Below are positions 53,690 to 64,000 of a DNA stretch of 64,000 bases, one piece after another. How positions within the stretch are numbered: position 1 is the stretch's first letter; every line of letters begins with the position of its first letter. The notes beneath the pieces were generated by a model that was given only the letters and a program-made list of their open reading frames with translations, made no database searches and was not told where the DNA came from. A program made the position numbers and the translations under genes. This DNA comes from an uncultured Acidobacteriota bacterium (GTDB lineage Bacteria > Acidobacteriota > UBA6911 > RPQK01 > JAPXNP01): assembly GCA_963777605.1 (NCBI GenBank), contig CAVZRV010000027.1, positions 480,001 to 544,000 of the forward strand, written 5' to 3'.

Positions 53690-54673
53690 ATGCAAATCGG
53701 ATGGACACTGATGAATCTCGTCGCCCTCAAACGGCTGCCTGTACTCCTCCTCTCAACGCTTGTCTGCACATCGGCAACTGCGACTCTTTCCAACGATCCG
53801 AGCCTGCCGGCCCACTACACGGAGCAGGTCAAGGTATCCAGCACTGAAACCCTGTCCTTTGACATGGTTCTGATCCGTAGCGGGAGTTTTTCCATGGGCA
53901 GCCCGGATAGCGAAGCCGACCGCAAGGAGAACGAAGGCCCGGTCCGCCAGGTGTCCCTATCACCGTTTTACCTGGCCTCCAAGGAGACGACCATGGAGCT
54001 CTTCCTGGTCTTCTACCGTGAAACCGTGACCGCTGCGCGACCCGAAACCTACGGCTCGACTTCGGATGACGAAGTTGACGCCGTTTCGGGGCCAACTCCG
54101 GTTTACGGCGACATGACCATGGGACGAAATACGCGCCATCCTGCCATCGGGATGACGTGGAAGAACGCCGTTCGGTTCTGCCGATGGCTAAGCGAAAAGA
54201 CGGGTAAGAACTATCGTCTGCCGACTGAGGCCGAATGGGAGTACGCGTGCCGCGCCGGCACCTCCTCGAGTTACGGCCCGGCCGGTGACTCACCTGGGCT
54301 CGTGAAAACCGCCTGGTTCACCCAGAATTCTCAGGGAAGGCCTCACGAGGTTGGTTCCAGGGAACCCAATCCGTGGGGACTCTTCGACATGCAGGGCAAT
54401 GTGAGAGAGTGGGTTCAAGACAGCTACAGCGCCGATGCCTATTCCGAGACTCCTGCGGGCGGGCAGTGGAAGGACCCGAAAGGCCCGGAAGGCGGCCGCG
54501 TGCATGTTGCCCGCGGCGGTGATTACCGGAGCCTGGCGCCGGCTCTTCGCTGTGCGGCCAGAGACTACGAACAGCGCTGGTGGCGCTCGGGAGACCCCCA
54601 GATGCCAAAGAGTCGCTGGTGGTTGCCCAACATGGACATCATCGGATTCCGAGTCGCTCGCTCCGTGGACTAG
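53690..54673 (+). CDS. FGE-sulfatase (SUMF1-like) domain protein
   Basis: FSMGS, RLPTEAEWEYACRAG, PNPWGLFDMQGNVREW, GFRV. Confidence 0.88.
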   Translation: MQIGWTLMNLVALKRLPVLLLSTLVCTSATATLSNDPSLPAHYTEQVKVSSTETLSFDMVLIRSGSFSMGSPDSEADRKENEGPVRQVSLSPFYLASKETTMELFLVFYRETVTAARPETYGSTSDDEVDAVSGPTPVYGDMTMGRNTRHPAIGMTWKNAVRFCRWLSEKTGKNYRLPTEAEWEYACRAGTSSSYGPAGDSPGLVKTAWFTQNSQGRPHEVGSREPNPWGLFDMQGNVREWVQDSYSADAYSETPAGGQWKDPKGPEGGRVHVARGGDYRSLAPALRCAARDYEQRWWRSGDPQMPKSRWWLPNMDIIGFRVARSVD

Positions 54674-54790
54674 ACCACGATCCTGTGCTGCGAGTCTCCA
54701 CGGAAGGAGCAGTGTCCCTGGCTATCCCTTGCGTGGAGCTTCGGCCTGCCTCAGAATCAGATTCTGGCACACTGCGAAAGGGAAAAGCTG

Positions 54791-55711
54791 ATGAAACCGC
54801 ATGTCATATTTTTGGGGTTTATTGTCCTGGTTCTCGCTCTTGGTGGAGCGTTGGCGGCCCAATCTGGCCCTGGCGTACTCCCTGCCGCCTGCAATACCGG
54901 CCAGGTGTTAGAAGGGCTCTCACTCGAAAGTACCCTCCTGGGAAGAGGGGTCAACTACGCCGTCTACCTGCCCCCCGACTATAAGTGTTCAACGCGTCGC
55001 TACCCGGTAGTGTACCTGCTTCACGGGTACACGGACGACGAATCGGGTTGGATCCAGTTTGGCGAGGTTAACGTGGCGGCTGACGACGGAATCCGCGCCG
55101 GAGAAGTGCCGGCGATGATCATCGTCATGCCGGATGGAGGAGTAACCTGGTACGTCAATGACTATTCCGGCAAAGTTCCCTACGAGGACATGCTGCTCAA
55201 AGAACTAATCCCCGAGATCGACCGGAAGTACAGGACCCGGCCGAAACGGGAGTTTCGGGCTGTGTCGGGACTCTCGATGGGGGGCTATGGATCCCTGATG
55301 CTGGCGATGCGACACCCCGATGTGTTCGCTTCCTGCGTCGCATTCAGCGCCGGAATAATCCCTGATGAAGACGTTGTCGCCATGGCTGATGCTCGATGGA
55401 ACGCTGTCTTCGGCGCACCGTTCGGCCCCGGTCTCAAGGGTTCTGCACGGCTCACCGGACACTACCAGTCGTTCAACCCTCTCCATCTGGCCAAGACGGT
55501 TTCGGCCGACGAACTCAAGAAAGTTCGCTGGTACATAGACTGCGGCGACGATGACCATCTTTCGAAGGGGAACGGCCTGCTCCACATTGAACTCCAGGAA
55601 CGGGAGATTCCCCACGAGTATCGCGTCCGGGACGGGCGACACTCATGGGTCTACTGGAGAACCGGAATCCGGACCGGACTCCGGTTCATCGGAGAAGGAT
55701 TCCACCGCTAG
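54791..55711 (+). CDS. Exported esterase (CE1-like alpha/beta hydrolase)
   Basis: YPVVYLLHG, GLSMGG nucleophile motif, HSWVYW. Confidence 0.88.
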   Translation: MKPHVIFLGFIVLVLALGGALAAQSGPGVLPAACNTGQVLEGLSLESTLLGRGVNYAVYLPPDYKCSTRRYPVVYLLHGYTDDESGWIQFGEVNVAADDGIRAGEVPAMIIVMPDGGVTWYVNDYSGKVPYEDMLLKELIPEIDRKYRTRPKREFRAVSGLSMGGYGSLMLAMRHPDVFASCVAFSAGIIPDEDVVAMADARWNAVFGAPFGPGLKGSARLTGHYQSFNPLHLAKTVSADELKKVRWYIDCGDDDHLSKGNGLLHIELQEREIPHEYRVRDGRHSWVYWRTGIRTGLRFIGEGFHR

Positions 55712-56919
55712 CCCAACTGGTCCATCGTAACGACGGGTACGTCCTTGGCGGACGGTTTCTTGAGGGGCAGGAGTGAGCTCTTGTCGAACTGGTATCCCAC
55801 CGAGTCGGCCAGTGGCCAGACCATCGGCGCAAGGCAGAGAACGGCTGCCTTGAAGCCCTGGATCGTGGCCCCGAGGTTGCCGGTGTGTGCCGAATTGTCG
55901 GCCTCGTTCTCGATCACGAATGGACCGTTGAAGCCCCTGCTCATCAAGGTTGCCAGGAACTCTCTCCAGTCCATGCTGTCGTTGCCGCCAAAACCGGGAA
56001 GCATAGGCTCATAATGGTGCCGGTCCCACTCATGGGCCGGAATGGGAACCCCGGCCTTCTCGGCGAGGCTCCGGTCAACACTCTGCATCGGGTAAAGGGC
56101 TCCCCAGTGGATCCTCCCGGGATTATCGAGATTCCGGGTTCCCTTGACGTGAACCCGGTGGATCCGGGACATGTCACTGGCATTGATAACATCCACGGGA
56201 TCGATATTCTGCCATACGTCGTGGGAGGGATCGTAGGTTTCTCCGTGTGCACGGCTGGGAATCAGCGTGTACATCAACTTCCGTGCCGCCAGGGTTGCGG
56301 GAAGGTTGTTGTACGTCGTCGGTGAGGAAGCGGGCCGCCATCCTTCCATCGGACAGTTCTCGTAGATGATCGTAACGCCAAGATCCTCGGCATACTTGAC
56401 TATTCGAGAGAACACCCGCACATACTCATCCAGGTTGCGCTGGAACCCGCCGTCCTGACACCCCAACTCGGCGTCATATCCAACGAACGTGCCCACCTTG
56501 ACGTCGTTTTCATCTCCCCCGAGCAGATGCGCGATCCGGATCAGGCGCAGGATGTGATTCTGGTTTCGCGGCCGTTCGGCTGGATCGCCGCCAATGAGAT
56601 TGTCATAGGCTCCGACGGAGAACCGGAGATCCTTCCGGTTACAGAGTTCGAGGACCCGCCTGGCGTCGTCCGGACCGAATTCCTCGTAGTCCAGATGCGT
56701 CGCGACGTGGTCTTTGCGGGTTCCATCCCTGCGGAATACGCAAATTTCCATGCCCTGCGCATTGATCTCCCCGGTCCTCGCGATGATCTCTTCGAGCGAC
56801 AACGACTTAAATGCAGAGGTCATGACCCAAATTGGATTGTTCACGGCGCTGATCCTTTTCTTTTGATCCGGTTCCGGCTTCGATTTCCCTGACGCAAACC
56901 AGTTTACCCATCGGAACAC
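55708..56919 (-). CDS. Sugar phosphate isomerase/epimerase (AP endonuclease 2 TIM barrel)
   Basis: YENCPM, YDPSH, HVKG, VIENE metal ligands. Confidence 0.82.
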   Translation of the reverse strand: MFRWVNWFASGKSKPEPDQKKRISAVNNPIWVMTSAFKSLSLEEIIARTGEINAQGMEICVFRRDGTRKDHVATHLDYEEFGPDDARRVLELCNRKDLRFSVGAYDNLIGGDPAERPRNQNHILRLIRIAHLLGGDENDVKVGTFVGYDAELGCQDGGFQRNLDEYVRVFSRIVKYAEDLGVTIIYENCPMEGWRPASSPTTYNNLPATLAARKLMYTLIPSRAHGETYDPSHDVWQNIDPVDVINASDMSRIHRVHVKGTRNLDNPGRIHWGALYPMQSVDRSLAEKAGVPIPAHEWDRHHYEPMLPGFGGNDSMDWREFLATLMSRGFNGPFVIENEADNSAHTGNLGATIQGFKAAVLCLAPMVWPLADSVGYQFDKSSLLPLKKPSAKDVPVVTMDQLG

Positions 56920-57028
56920 AGCAAATCCATGGATGGAGCGTTTCTCGACTACTAAACTGAAATGCTAAGGTCGAGCGCAAGAAGCTCAACTAGAGTTATC
57001 CTGTCGATTTACTATACAATGATCAGCG

Positions 57029-57802
57029 ATGCCTATCTCAAACCAGAGCTGCACATCAGACCGCAACGCCGGCCACCGGCTCGAAACCCTTTTCGAGCAG
57101 GCAGAAGAGCTGACTGCATCAGACCTGGTCCGGGAGTCTGCAAAGTGTTTTGGAGATGGACTGGTCATGACGACCAGCTTTGGAGCCCAGTCAGCGGTGA
57201 TGCTTCATATGGTGACCTGCGTCGTTCCGGAAATTCCGGTGATCTGGATCGACACCGGCTACCTCTTCCCCGAGACCTACCGCTTTGCCGACGAACTGAC
57301 GAACCGGCTCGAGCTCAACCTCCACGTCTTCCAGTCTCCGGTCAGCCCGGCCCGGATGGAAGCCCTCCACGGCAAGCTTTGGCAATCGGACGAACCGGAA
57401 GTCCTCGACCACTACGACCAACTCCGCAAAGTCGAGCCGATGCATCGGGCGATTCGTGATTTCGGGGTTCGCGGCTGGCTGGCCGGACTAAGGAGAGATC
57501 AGACCGAGTTCCGGCGGTCACTGCCCCGGGTCCAGACTCAGCGCGACTTCCACAAGATCTTTCCTATCCTCAACTGGAGCAACCGCGACCTGCACGCATA
57601 CCTTGTCGAACACGACCTGCCCTATCATCCACTCTTCGACCGGGGCTACGTGTCAATCGGGGACTGGCACGCCTCGGAGCCCCTCACCTCCGAACACGTC
57701 AGTGAGCGCGACACGCGGTACCGCGGGATCAAACAGGAATGCGGGCTCCATCTCGAACTATCCGACGAGGCAGACGAGAGCCTGCGGTCGAGTCGTCTCT
57801 GA
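57029..57802 (+). CDS. cysH: Phosphoadenylyl-sulfate (PAPS) reductase
   Basis: TSFG, IDTGYLFPETY, RKVEP, ECGLH; lacks the CC/CxxC FeS motif of APS reductases. Confidence 0.92.
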   Translation: MPISNQSCTSDRNAGHRLETLFEQAEELTASDLVRESAKCFGDGLVMTTSFGAQSAVMLHMVTCVVPEIPVIWIDTGYLFPETYRFADELTNRLELNLHVFQSPVSPARMEALHGKLWQSDEPEVLDHYDQLRKVEPMHRAIRDFGVRGWLAGLRRDQTEFRRSLPRVQTQRDFHKIFPILNWSNRDLHAYLVEHDLPYHPLFDRGYVSIGDWHASEPLTSEHVSERDTRYRGIKQECGLHLELSDEADESLRSSRL

Positions 57803-57815
57803 TCGAGAAATTCAA

Positions 57816-58229
57816 TCACTCCCGCAGAACGATTCGGCGCCGCCTCTCGTGCCGGACCGCAATGCAACAAGGACGGCTCCCAACATCGCCGGCGTCCCCC
57901 GCAGCCGCCAGCCAGATTGAGAGAGGGACCCCGAGAAACACCCCAAAAGTTACCAGGAAGACTACGGCGGAAGCTTTTGAGATCAAGAGTACCAGGATGA
58001 ACTGGGGCATTCGCAGCGACGCGAAATAACAGCCGCTGAGGATCATCAGAAACAGGCCCGTTTGAGCTGGAAAAAAGGGCGGTCTTTGCTGTTCAAATCC
58101 GCACGCGGGCAGCATCGAATTCGGAACGAAGAGCATCAGACACCCCAAAATAAGACTGTGTGTCGCGATCAGGAGGATCAGCCAGCGGGCGGGCCCAGTC
58201 AAGCGGATTCGGTCCAGGCTCAGCTTCAC
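57816..58229 (-). CDS. Small 4-TM membrane protein; possible frameshift near 57890
   Basis: GTG start overlaps the upstream stop (GTGA); hydrophobic helices; the last helix continues better in the +1 frame (GDAAMLGAVLVAL). Confidence 0.65.
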   Translation of the reverse strand: MKLSLDRIRLTGPARWLILLIATHSLILGCLMLFVPNSMLPACGFEQQRPPFFPAQTGLFLMILSGCYFASLRMPQFILVLLISKASAVVFLVTFGVFLGVPLSIWLAAAGDAGDVGSRPCCIAVRHERRRRIVLRE

Positions 58230-61200
58230 CTCGGCACCACCAGCAGGACGATCAGAAGAGCCCAATAGCCGGCAGCGCCCAAAGCACTGATTCGATGACC
58301 TGCCGGCCAGACACCCGACTTGGACGGCCTGCAGCCTGCCTTCAGTTTCCAGAGCGTTACCAGCGTCAAGGCCAGTCCCAGGCTCAAGATCGCCACCTGA
58401 AGCAGCGAAAGCATCGGCAGCGAGATCCAGGATACCGAGGCTTCTCGACCGCCAAACTCAAGGGATGCGCGCAACCATTCCAGTCCAGGAATCGCTCCCA
58501 GGTGGTACGCAATCAAGCCGCAGGTCAAAAGAGGCACGAACGCCCTGATCCTCCGAACGAACTGGTCAGGGTAACCGCCGGAGAAAGAAGCTCCTTCGGA
58601 AGCTCGCTCCCGAAGGGTCAGAAGAAGCACCGGAACGAATGCCGTCACAATCATCACCAGAGTCACCAGCAACGCCCGATGACCCTCGAGTTCGGCCGAC
58701 AATATCCCGGAAGGGCCCTGATCCAGATACTGGATCAGACTCATCCCGGCCAGCAGGCCCAACAGAAGAACAACCAGCTTTCCGATTTCCGGTTGAACCT
58801 GCCCGGTCGACCAGAGTTCGCGGCCGGGCATCCTCAGGCTTAATTGGGGGGACGAATTGGGGCAGTTCTGCACGCAGTTCATGCAAAGTACGCAGTGGCG
58901 ATTCGAATCCACAAACATCAGGTGGTTGAACAGGGGACAACCGGGCACCTTGTCAGTTCCCTTGAAGCAATCATGCCCCTCGCATTTCGCCGCACAGACG
59001 TCGAATGTCGGCCGCAGTTGCACCATGGATGATGAGGCGCAAACCCCGGCCAAACCGCCCAACGGACAGGCGTAGCGGCACCAGGCTCGCCGTGGGAACA
59101 GCAACCCGAAGGCAACCGCGCCGGCCAGAATCGCCAGGAGCAGGAGGCCAGTCGCGATCGGAGAATCGCGCATCCTGGTCGTCTCTTCGACCCAGACAAT
59201 GGCGCTGAAGCCTCCCATGACCATGAAAGTGTCGTTCCGCTTCAGCCAGCCAGGGATTTTCAGCTTCCGCTTCCACAGGGGTTGCACCAGAGTGCTGGCC
59301 TGCCCCATGGGACACGCCGCGCACCAGATTCTGCCGGCGGCCAGGAAAGAGACAGCCAAAAATGGCCACCAAACGGACCAGACCAGGATCGTTCCAAGGT
59401 TCGTCTCTTCGAACGAGGGCCCGAAAAAGCATTCAAAAAGGATAAGAACGATAACTACCGCTGCTGCTGTCTGAAGAACCCGGGGAAGGATTCGCACGCC
59501 GAAACCGACGATGGGCTTGGGAAGGTTCAGCCAATTGTATCCTTGAGGAGCGGTAGGCGGAGGCCCGAGGAAGATGGCCTCACTGTGAATCATGTCGTTT
59601 TCCGTGAGGATCACGGCTCTCCTGATCGCATCCTCCAGTTCGCGAACGTTTCCAACGTGGTAGTCGTAAGAGACAAGTTTCGTGACCGCATCATCCGTGA
59701 TGGCCCGAACCGGTTTACCCAGACGCTCGCTGTACTTCCTGAGAAAGTACGCGGCCAAATCGGGGATATCTTTCTTTCGTTCACGAAGAGGCGCAATCGG
59801 GAGGACATTCTCGCGCAGGATCTGAGCCAGCTCCCCCATGATTCGGCCCGCCGCGGTCAACTCCTCGAAGTCTCCCCGACAAGCCACCATGACTCTCACA
59901 TCGCGAAAGGCCGCCTTCCCCTGCTGACTCTGGTTCAGAAACCCGGCCAGACGCTCCTGAATTGAGAGGGGCAGGTTCTCAATGTTTCTGAGCAGTATGC
60001 TGCCTCCCTGGCAGAGTTCCAGGTAGCAGAATGGCCCGGTCGGGGCATCCTCATAGCCATCACGGTGGTGGATGCCAAAGAGCTTGTCCCCCCAGTCGTT
60101 TTCCGAAATCTCCGAGCAATCCACACTGAAGAAGACAGCGGCCTTTCGTTCGCTCCCCAGGTGAATGAGCCGGGCCGCCAGTTCCTTGCCGGTCCCGGTT
60201 TCACCCTGAAGAAGGAGTGGTTCAGATGATCCGGCCTGCTCCTGGATCTTCCGTCCCAATTTCTTGACCACGGGGCTTTTCCCGACCAATTCGTCCGGCA
60301 CTTCGGACTGCTGGGTCTCCAGGAACTGGGCCACTCGCTCCAGTCGCTGCCGAATGATTCCTTCTGCCCTGAGTTTTTCGGTCAGTTGCCATCGCTGCAC
60401 GGCCGTGGCGACGAGGTTGGCAAGGGACGAGAAAAAGACCAGGTCTTCTGAGCCGCTCTTCTCCCACCGGCCGGAATGGATATGCGCGTCAGCATAGAAC
60501 ACTCCGACTACCTTATCCTCGTTCCACAAGGGAACTGCCATTGCACTCCGAATTCCCTTGAAGAAAAGACTCTCCGCCCCTCCGAAACGCTGATCACTCT
60601 GGGCATCCGCAGTCTGAATCGCCAGCCGTTCCTCGAATGCCTTCTGGCAGATGCTCCGGCTGATCCAATCGCCACCTTCAGCATCTACCGGCTGAATTCC
60701 CTTTTCTCGCAGAGCTGAGTTGAGCAGGGTCAATTCGCCGTCTCCCTCAACATCAACCAGCAGAGCAAGGCGCTCCACGTCACGAAGGTACCGAAACACA
60801 ACTTCGCGGGCGCGGTCAAAGATCGCTTCGATGGAGACCGCCAAATTCAGTCCTTTGGCGATTTCCACCAGATCCCGGAGTCTCCCGACAGTCGGGCTTT
60901 GAAGATCAGTCGACACGACGCCTCTGGCGGCCCAGCTCTTGCTCAAGTCGACGATGCTTCTCATGATCGTCTGAGGCGCACCGCTGGGCAGGATTATGGA
61001 ATCGGGCAATTGAATCTCTATGGAGAACACTTCCAAGAACCAGTACTCCGCCGTGAGTCATCGCCGCCGGTTCCTTAACCCGAGACCCGTTCAGATATGT
61101 CCCGTTCGTGCTCTGCAGGTCCTCAACCAGCCACTCACCGGCGCCATCCTTTAACAGTCGTGCGTGAATTCGGGAAACTCCCGTAAATGGAAGGACAAGG

Positions 61201-61319
61201 TCACACGAAGGCGAGCGCCCGAGTGTGAAGGGCGCCTGCTCGACGGCGGTGGCAGCCCTCGAACCATCGTGATCCCGGTACTGAAGAACGAGCCTGGAGG
61301 AAAATTGCTCCGTGTCCAT
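58226..61319 (-). CDS. FHA-GAF-sigma54-type AAA+-membrane 4Fe-4S fusion protein; one apparent extra base near 61031
   Basis: FHA (LGRSPSCD, VSRIHA, STNGTYLNG) in ORF 60906..61340 joins GAF, AAA+ (GETGTGKE, GNVRELE) and a NapH/NosR-like TM domain (GRIWCAACPMG, WCRYACPLG, CVLCMNCVQNCP) in ORF 58226..61036. Confidence 0.8.
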
Positions 61320-61390
61320 ACCTGGCCCACCCAAAACCAAGCTTGCAGACTACATCACTGAGAACCCCTGCGGTCTCGTATATTGCATCC

Positions 61391-61419
61391 TTTATACAGG
61401 ATCGAATCCCAGTTGTCAT
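61391..61419 (-). promoter_or_regulatory. Candidate sigma70 promoter for the FHA fusion gene
   Basis: Minus strand ATGACA-N17-TATAAA. Confidence 0.45.
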
Positions 61420-61446
61420 TGACTTCTGCGTCAAGTCCCTTTCACC

Positions 61447-61475
61447 TTGACCCTGCCGGTACCAGCCCATAGAAT
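61447..61475 (+). promoter_or_regulatory. Candidate sigma70 promoter for the kinase gene
   Basis: TTGACC-N17-TAGAAT. Confidence 0.6.
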
Positions 61476-61569
61476 TCGACTCAAGCTCCACTCATTCCGC
61501 ATCTTGCGGGATTTTCAGTCGGATGCGAAGCACCAGGGTTCCGGGCATCAGATCCCCGGCGAGGCACAG

Positions 61570-64000
61570 ATGATTTGCCCAAATTGCGGCCGTCAAAACC
61601 CGGACGAGTCGAAAGTCTGTGAATGGTGCTCTCAGTCTCTCTCCCGGAAGGCTGACAGGAGCGCACTCCGAACCGCACGCCGAAGGAAGCGATAGAAACC
61701 ACGGTCATTGTCCCGCCGCCGGACTCGGAAAAGACCTGGGGGCAATGCGCGAAGCTCGGGTGCTTTGCCTGGCGGCAGCGATGTTGGCCCCCGCTACCGG
61801 ATAATCCGGCTCCTCGGCCAGGGTGGGATGGGTACCGTTTACCTGGCAGAGGATCGGGAACTGGAACGGAAAGTCGCCCTCAAACTGATCCGACCGGATC
61901 TGGTCTCCGACCCGAATATATTGGCTCGATTCAAGCGGGAAATCCAACTGTCGAGTGAAATAACTCATCCCAACGTGCTGCGGGTCTTCGATCTCGGTGA
62001 GACAGCGACTACCCGATTTGTCACGATGCAATACGTTGAGGGCCAGGATTTGGCAACGCTCCTCAAGAATGAGGGCCGCCTCCCTCTGGACCAGCGTACT
62101 GGATATCTTTCGGCAGATTACCGAGGGGCTTGCGGCCGCCCACCGCAAGGGAGTCACCCACAGAGATCTCAAGCCTCAGAATGTCATGGTCGAAAACACC
62201 GGCCAAGTCTATCTGACCGATTTCGGCTTGGCACAGTCGGTCAAGCTGACCGCATTAACCGAGACCGGGGCCCTCCTCGGAACGCCGTTCTACATGTCCC
62301 CGGAACAGGTTAAAGGGGAGAAGGTTGACGCCCGCTCGGACATCTTTTCGCTGGGCGTACTTCTGTACGAGCTGCTGACAGGCCACGTCCCTTACGACGG
62401 GGACTCAGCTTACCAGGTCATGTTTCAACGCTTGCAGCGGCCTCCGACACCGGTCCGGAAACTGAATCCCGACCTCCCCGACTACCTCGTGAAGTTGCTC
62501 GACAAGTGCCTCGAAACGGACCCATCACTCGCGCTACCGGGACGCCTCCGAAGTCATTCCGGATCTGGAACGGGAGGAGGTCGAGACTTCCGTCCTCTAC
62601 CAACTGCGACGGAGAAGATGGCTCCGCCCGCTCACCCTCTCCATCATCGCCCTGCTGCTGGCGGTTGCAGCGCTCTGGACCTTCCTCCCGAAAGCGGGGG
62701 ATGCTACCAGTACTGTCGTCGAGGAGCAGCTTCTGCCCGCTGTCGGTGTCCTGCCATTCCAGAACCGGACTGGAGATTCGACCCTCGACTGGTTCGGCGA
62801 AGGGGTGGCCCGGCTCGTCACCGACTCTCTGTCGACCTCACGGCATCTGAGAGTAGTCTCGATGGCCCGCATGGGCGCATTGCTCAAGGAAAATCCCGCT
62901 GAAGAAGCTCTGCAAGCCGCTGCGGCTGCGGCCGGGATCGAGTTTCTGCTTTCCGGCGAACTTCTCCCGACCGGTGAATCGATGACCCTGGCCTCCCGAT
63001 TGGTCGCGACGAAGTCGGGAGAACAGATCTCCTCAAAACGCATCGACGGTCTTTCCCGTCAAAATGTTCTGGCCAGCAGCGATGACGTGGCCATGACCGT
63101 CCGGCAGGGCCTGAATCTGCCTTTGACTCGTGACGTGGACGTATTCGCAGCCGACTTCGCCACCCGAAATCCCGCTTCATACGAAGCTTACGTACGCGGC
63201 TTGCAGGCCCTGACCGACTACCACAACGATGAGGCCGAAAAGAGCTTTCGGACTGCGCTCGACCTGGCTCCCGACTTCACGATGGCCCGTTACCGCCTGG
63301 CCACCGTTCTGGCCACCACCGGACAAATGGAGGCTGCACTGAAGGAAATCGGCCGCGCGGCGTCGGAAGCCGACTCGCCTCCCTGACCGAGAATCCCGCT
63401 ACGTCCGGGCCGCAGAGGCCTGGTACAATCGCCGTTACGACGAAGCGCTGAAAGCTTATCAGGATCTTGTTGACGCCTACCCATACGAGAGTGAAGCCCG
63501 CCTGTTCCTCGCTTACGTCTATTCCGACCTCGGCGATTATGAGCAGGAGGCCGCGCAACTGAAGGTCCTCACCGAACTGGAGCCCCAGATGCACACCAGT
63601 TGGGTCGCGCTGGGGGGAGCGTACCTGCGCCTGGGAGAGTTCAATCAGGCGGTGACCGCCCTGATGCAGTATTTGACGCTGCAGCCCGACAACCCGAATG
63701 CCTACGAGATGCTGGGAAACGCCTATCGGGCCCAGGGGGAGTTTGACCTGGCCTGTGACGAATACCGGAAGGCTCTCGAATACGACCCTGCCTTTCACTT
63801 CGCCAGCCACCAGATGGCGGTGACCCAGGCTCTGCAGGGAAAGCTCGATGATGCGGAATCCGGCCTTGCCAAGCTGATTGCAGACGCGAGCGTCCCTCCC
63901 AGCCTGCGGATTGACTCCGCGTTCGACCTGACCTCTCTGCGCCGGGCGCGGGGCCGGTTCTCCAGAGCGAGCCAACCTCTCGAGGCCCTCGAAGAGCCGA
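61570..64000 (+). CDS. Hanks-type Ser/Thr kinase with N-terminal zinc ribbon, TM, TolB-N-like domain and TPRs (partial, multiple frameshifts)
   Basis: CPNC..CEWC; LGQGGMGTVY, VALK; HRDLKPQN, DFGLA, GTPFYMSPE; TM; VGVLPFQN; TPRs. The pieces lie in successive frames with breaks near 61655, 61740, 62095, 62531 and 63375. Confidence 0.8.

Noticed and set aside
54764-54780. TGGCAC upstream of the esterase as a sigma54 site
   Set aside because: No TGC at the -12 position
61693-61695. In-frame TAG between the zinc ribbon and the kinase domain, suggesting read-through or pyrrolysine
   Set aside because: The alternative frame encodes a more natural linker (EAIETTVIVPPPDSEKTW); two compensating indels in an indel-rich region explain it more simply, and TAG is an ordinary stop elsewhere in the window

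Overview
GC-rich bacterial chromosomal segment. The gene content suggests Acidobacteriota or a related lineage; this is inference only. 1-16 kb: a flagellar basal-body/hook/export operon (flgB-flgC-fliE-F-G-H-I-J-fliK-flgD-flgE) headed by a GAF-HisKA protein, a FleS-like kinase and a FleR-like sigma54 activator, with a divergent FleQ/FlrA-like activator. 17-29 kb: an MCP-less chemotaxis operon (dual-REC, cheX, cheA, cheW, cheR, cheD, cheY, cheX, cheB, cheW) and two HDOD proteins. Several sigma54 and sigma28 promoter motifs can be read directly. 29-58 kb: metabolism (pgm, rbsK, sugar transporter, ADP-ribosylglycohydrolase lipoprotein, aminotransferase, HDAC, gltBD, sugar-catabolic genes, cysH). 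58-64 kb: an unusual FHA-GAF-degenerate AAA+-membrane 4Fe-4S fusion transcribed divergently from a membrane Ser/Thr kinase-TPR gene. At least nine apparent single-base indels split genes (fliK, fliH and a dense cluster after 57.8 kb); these are probably assembly errors. No rRNA, tRNA, CRISPR array or mobile element was recognised.
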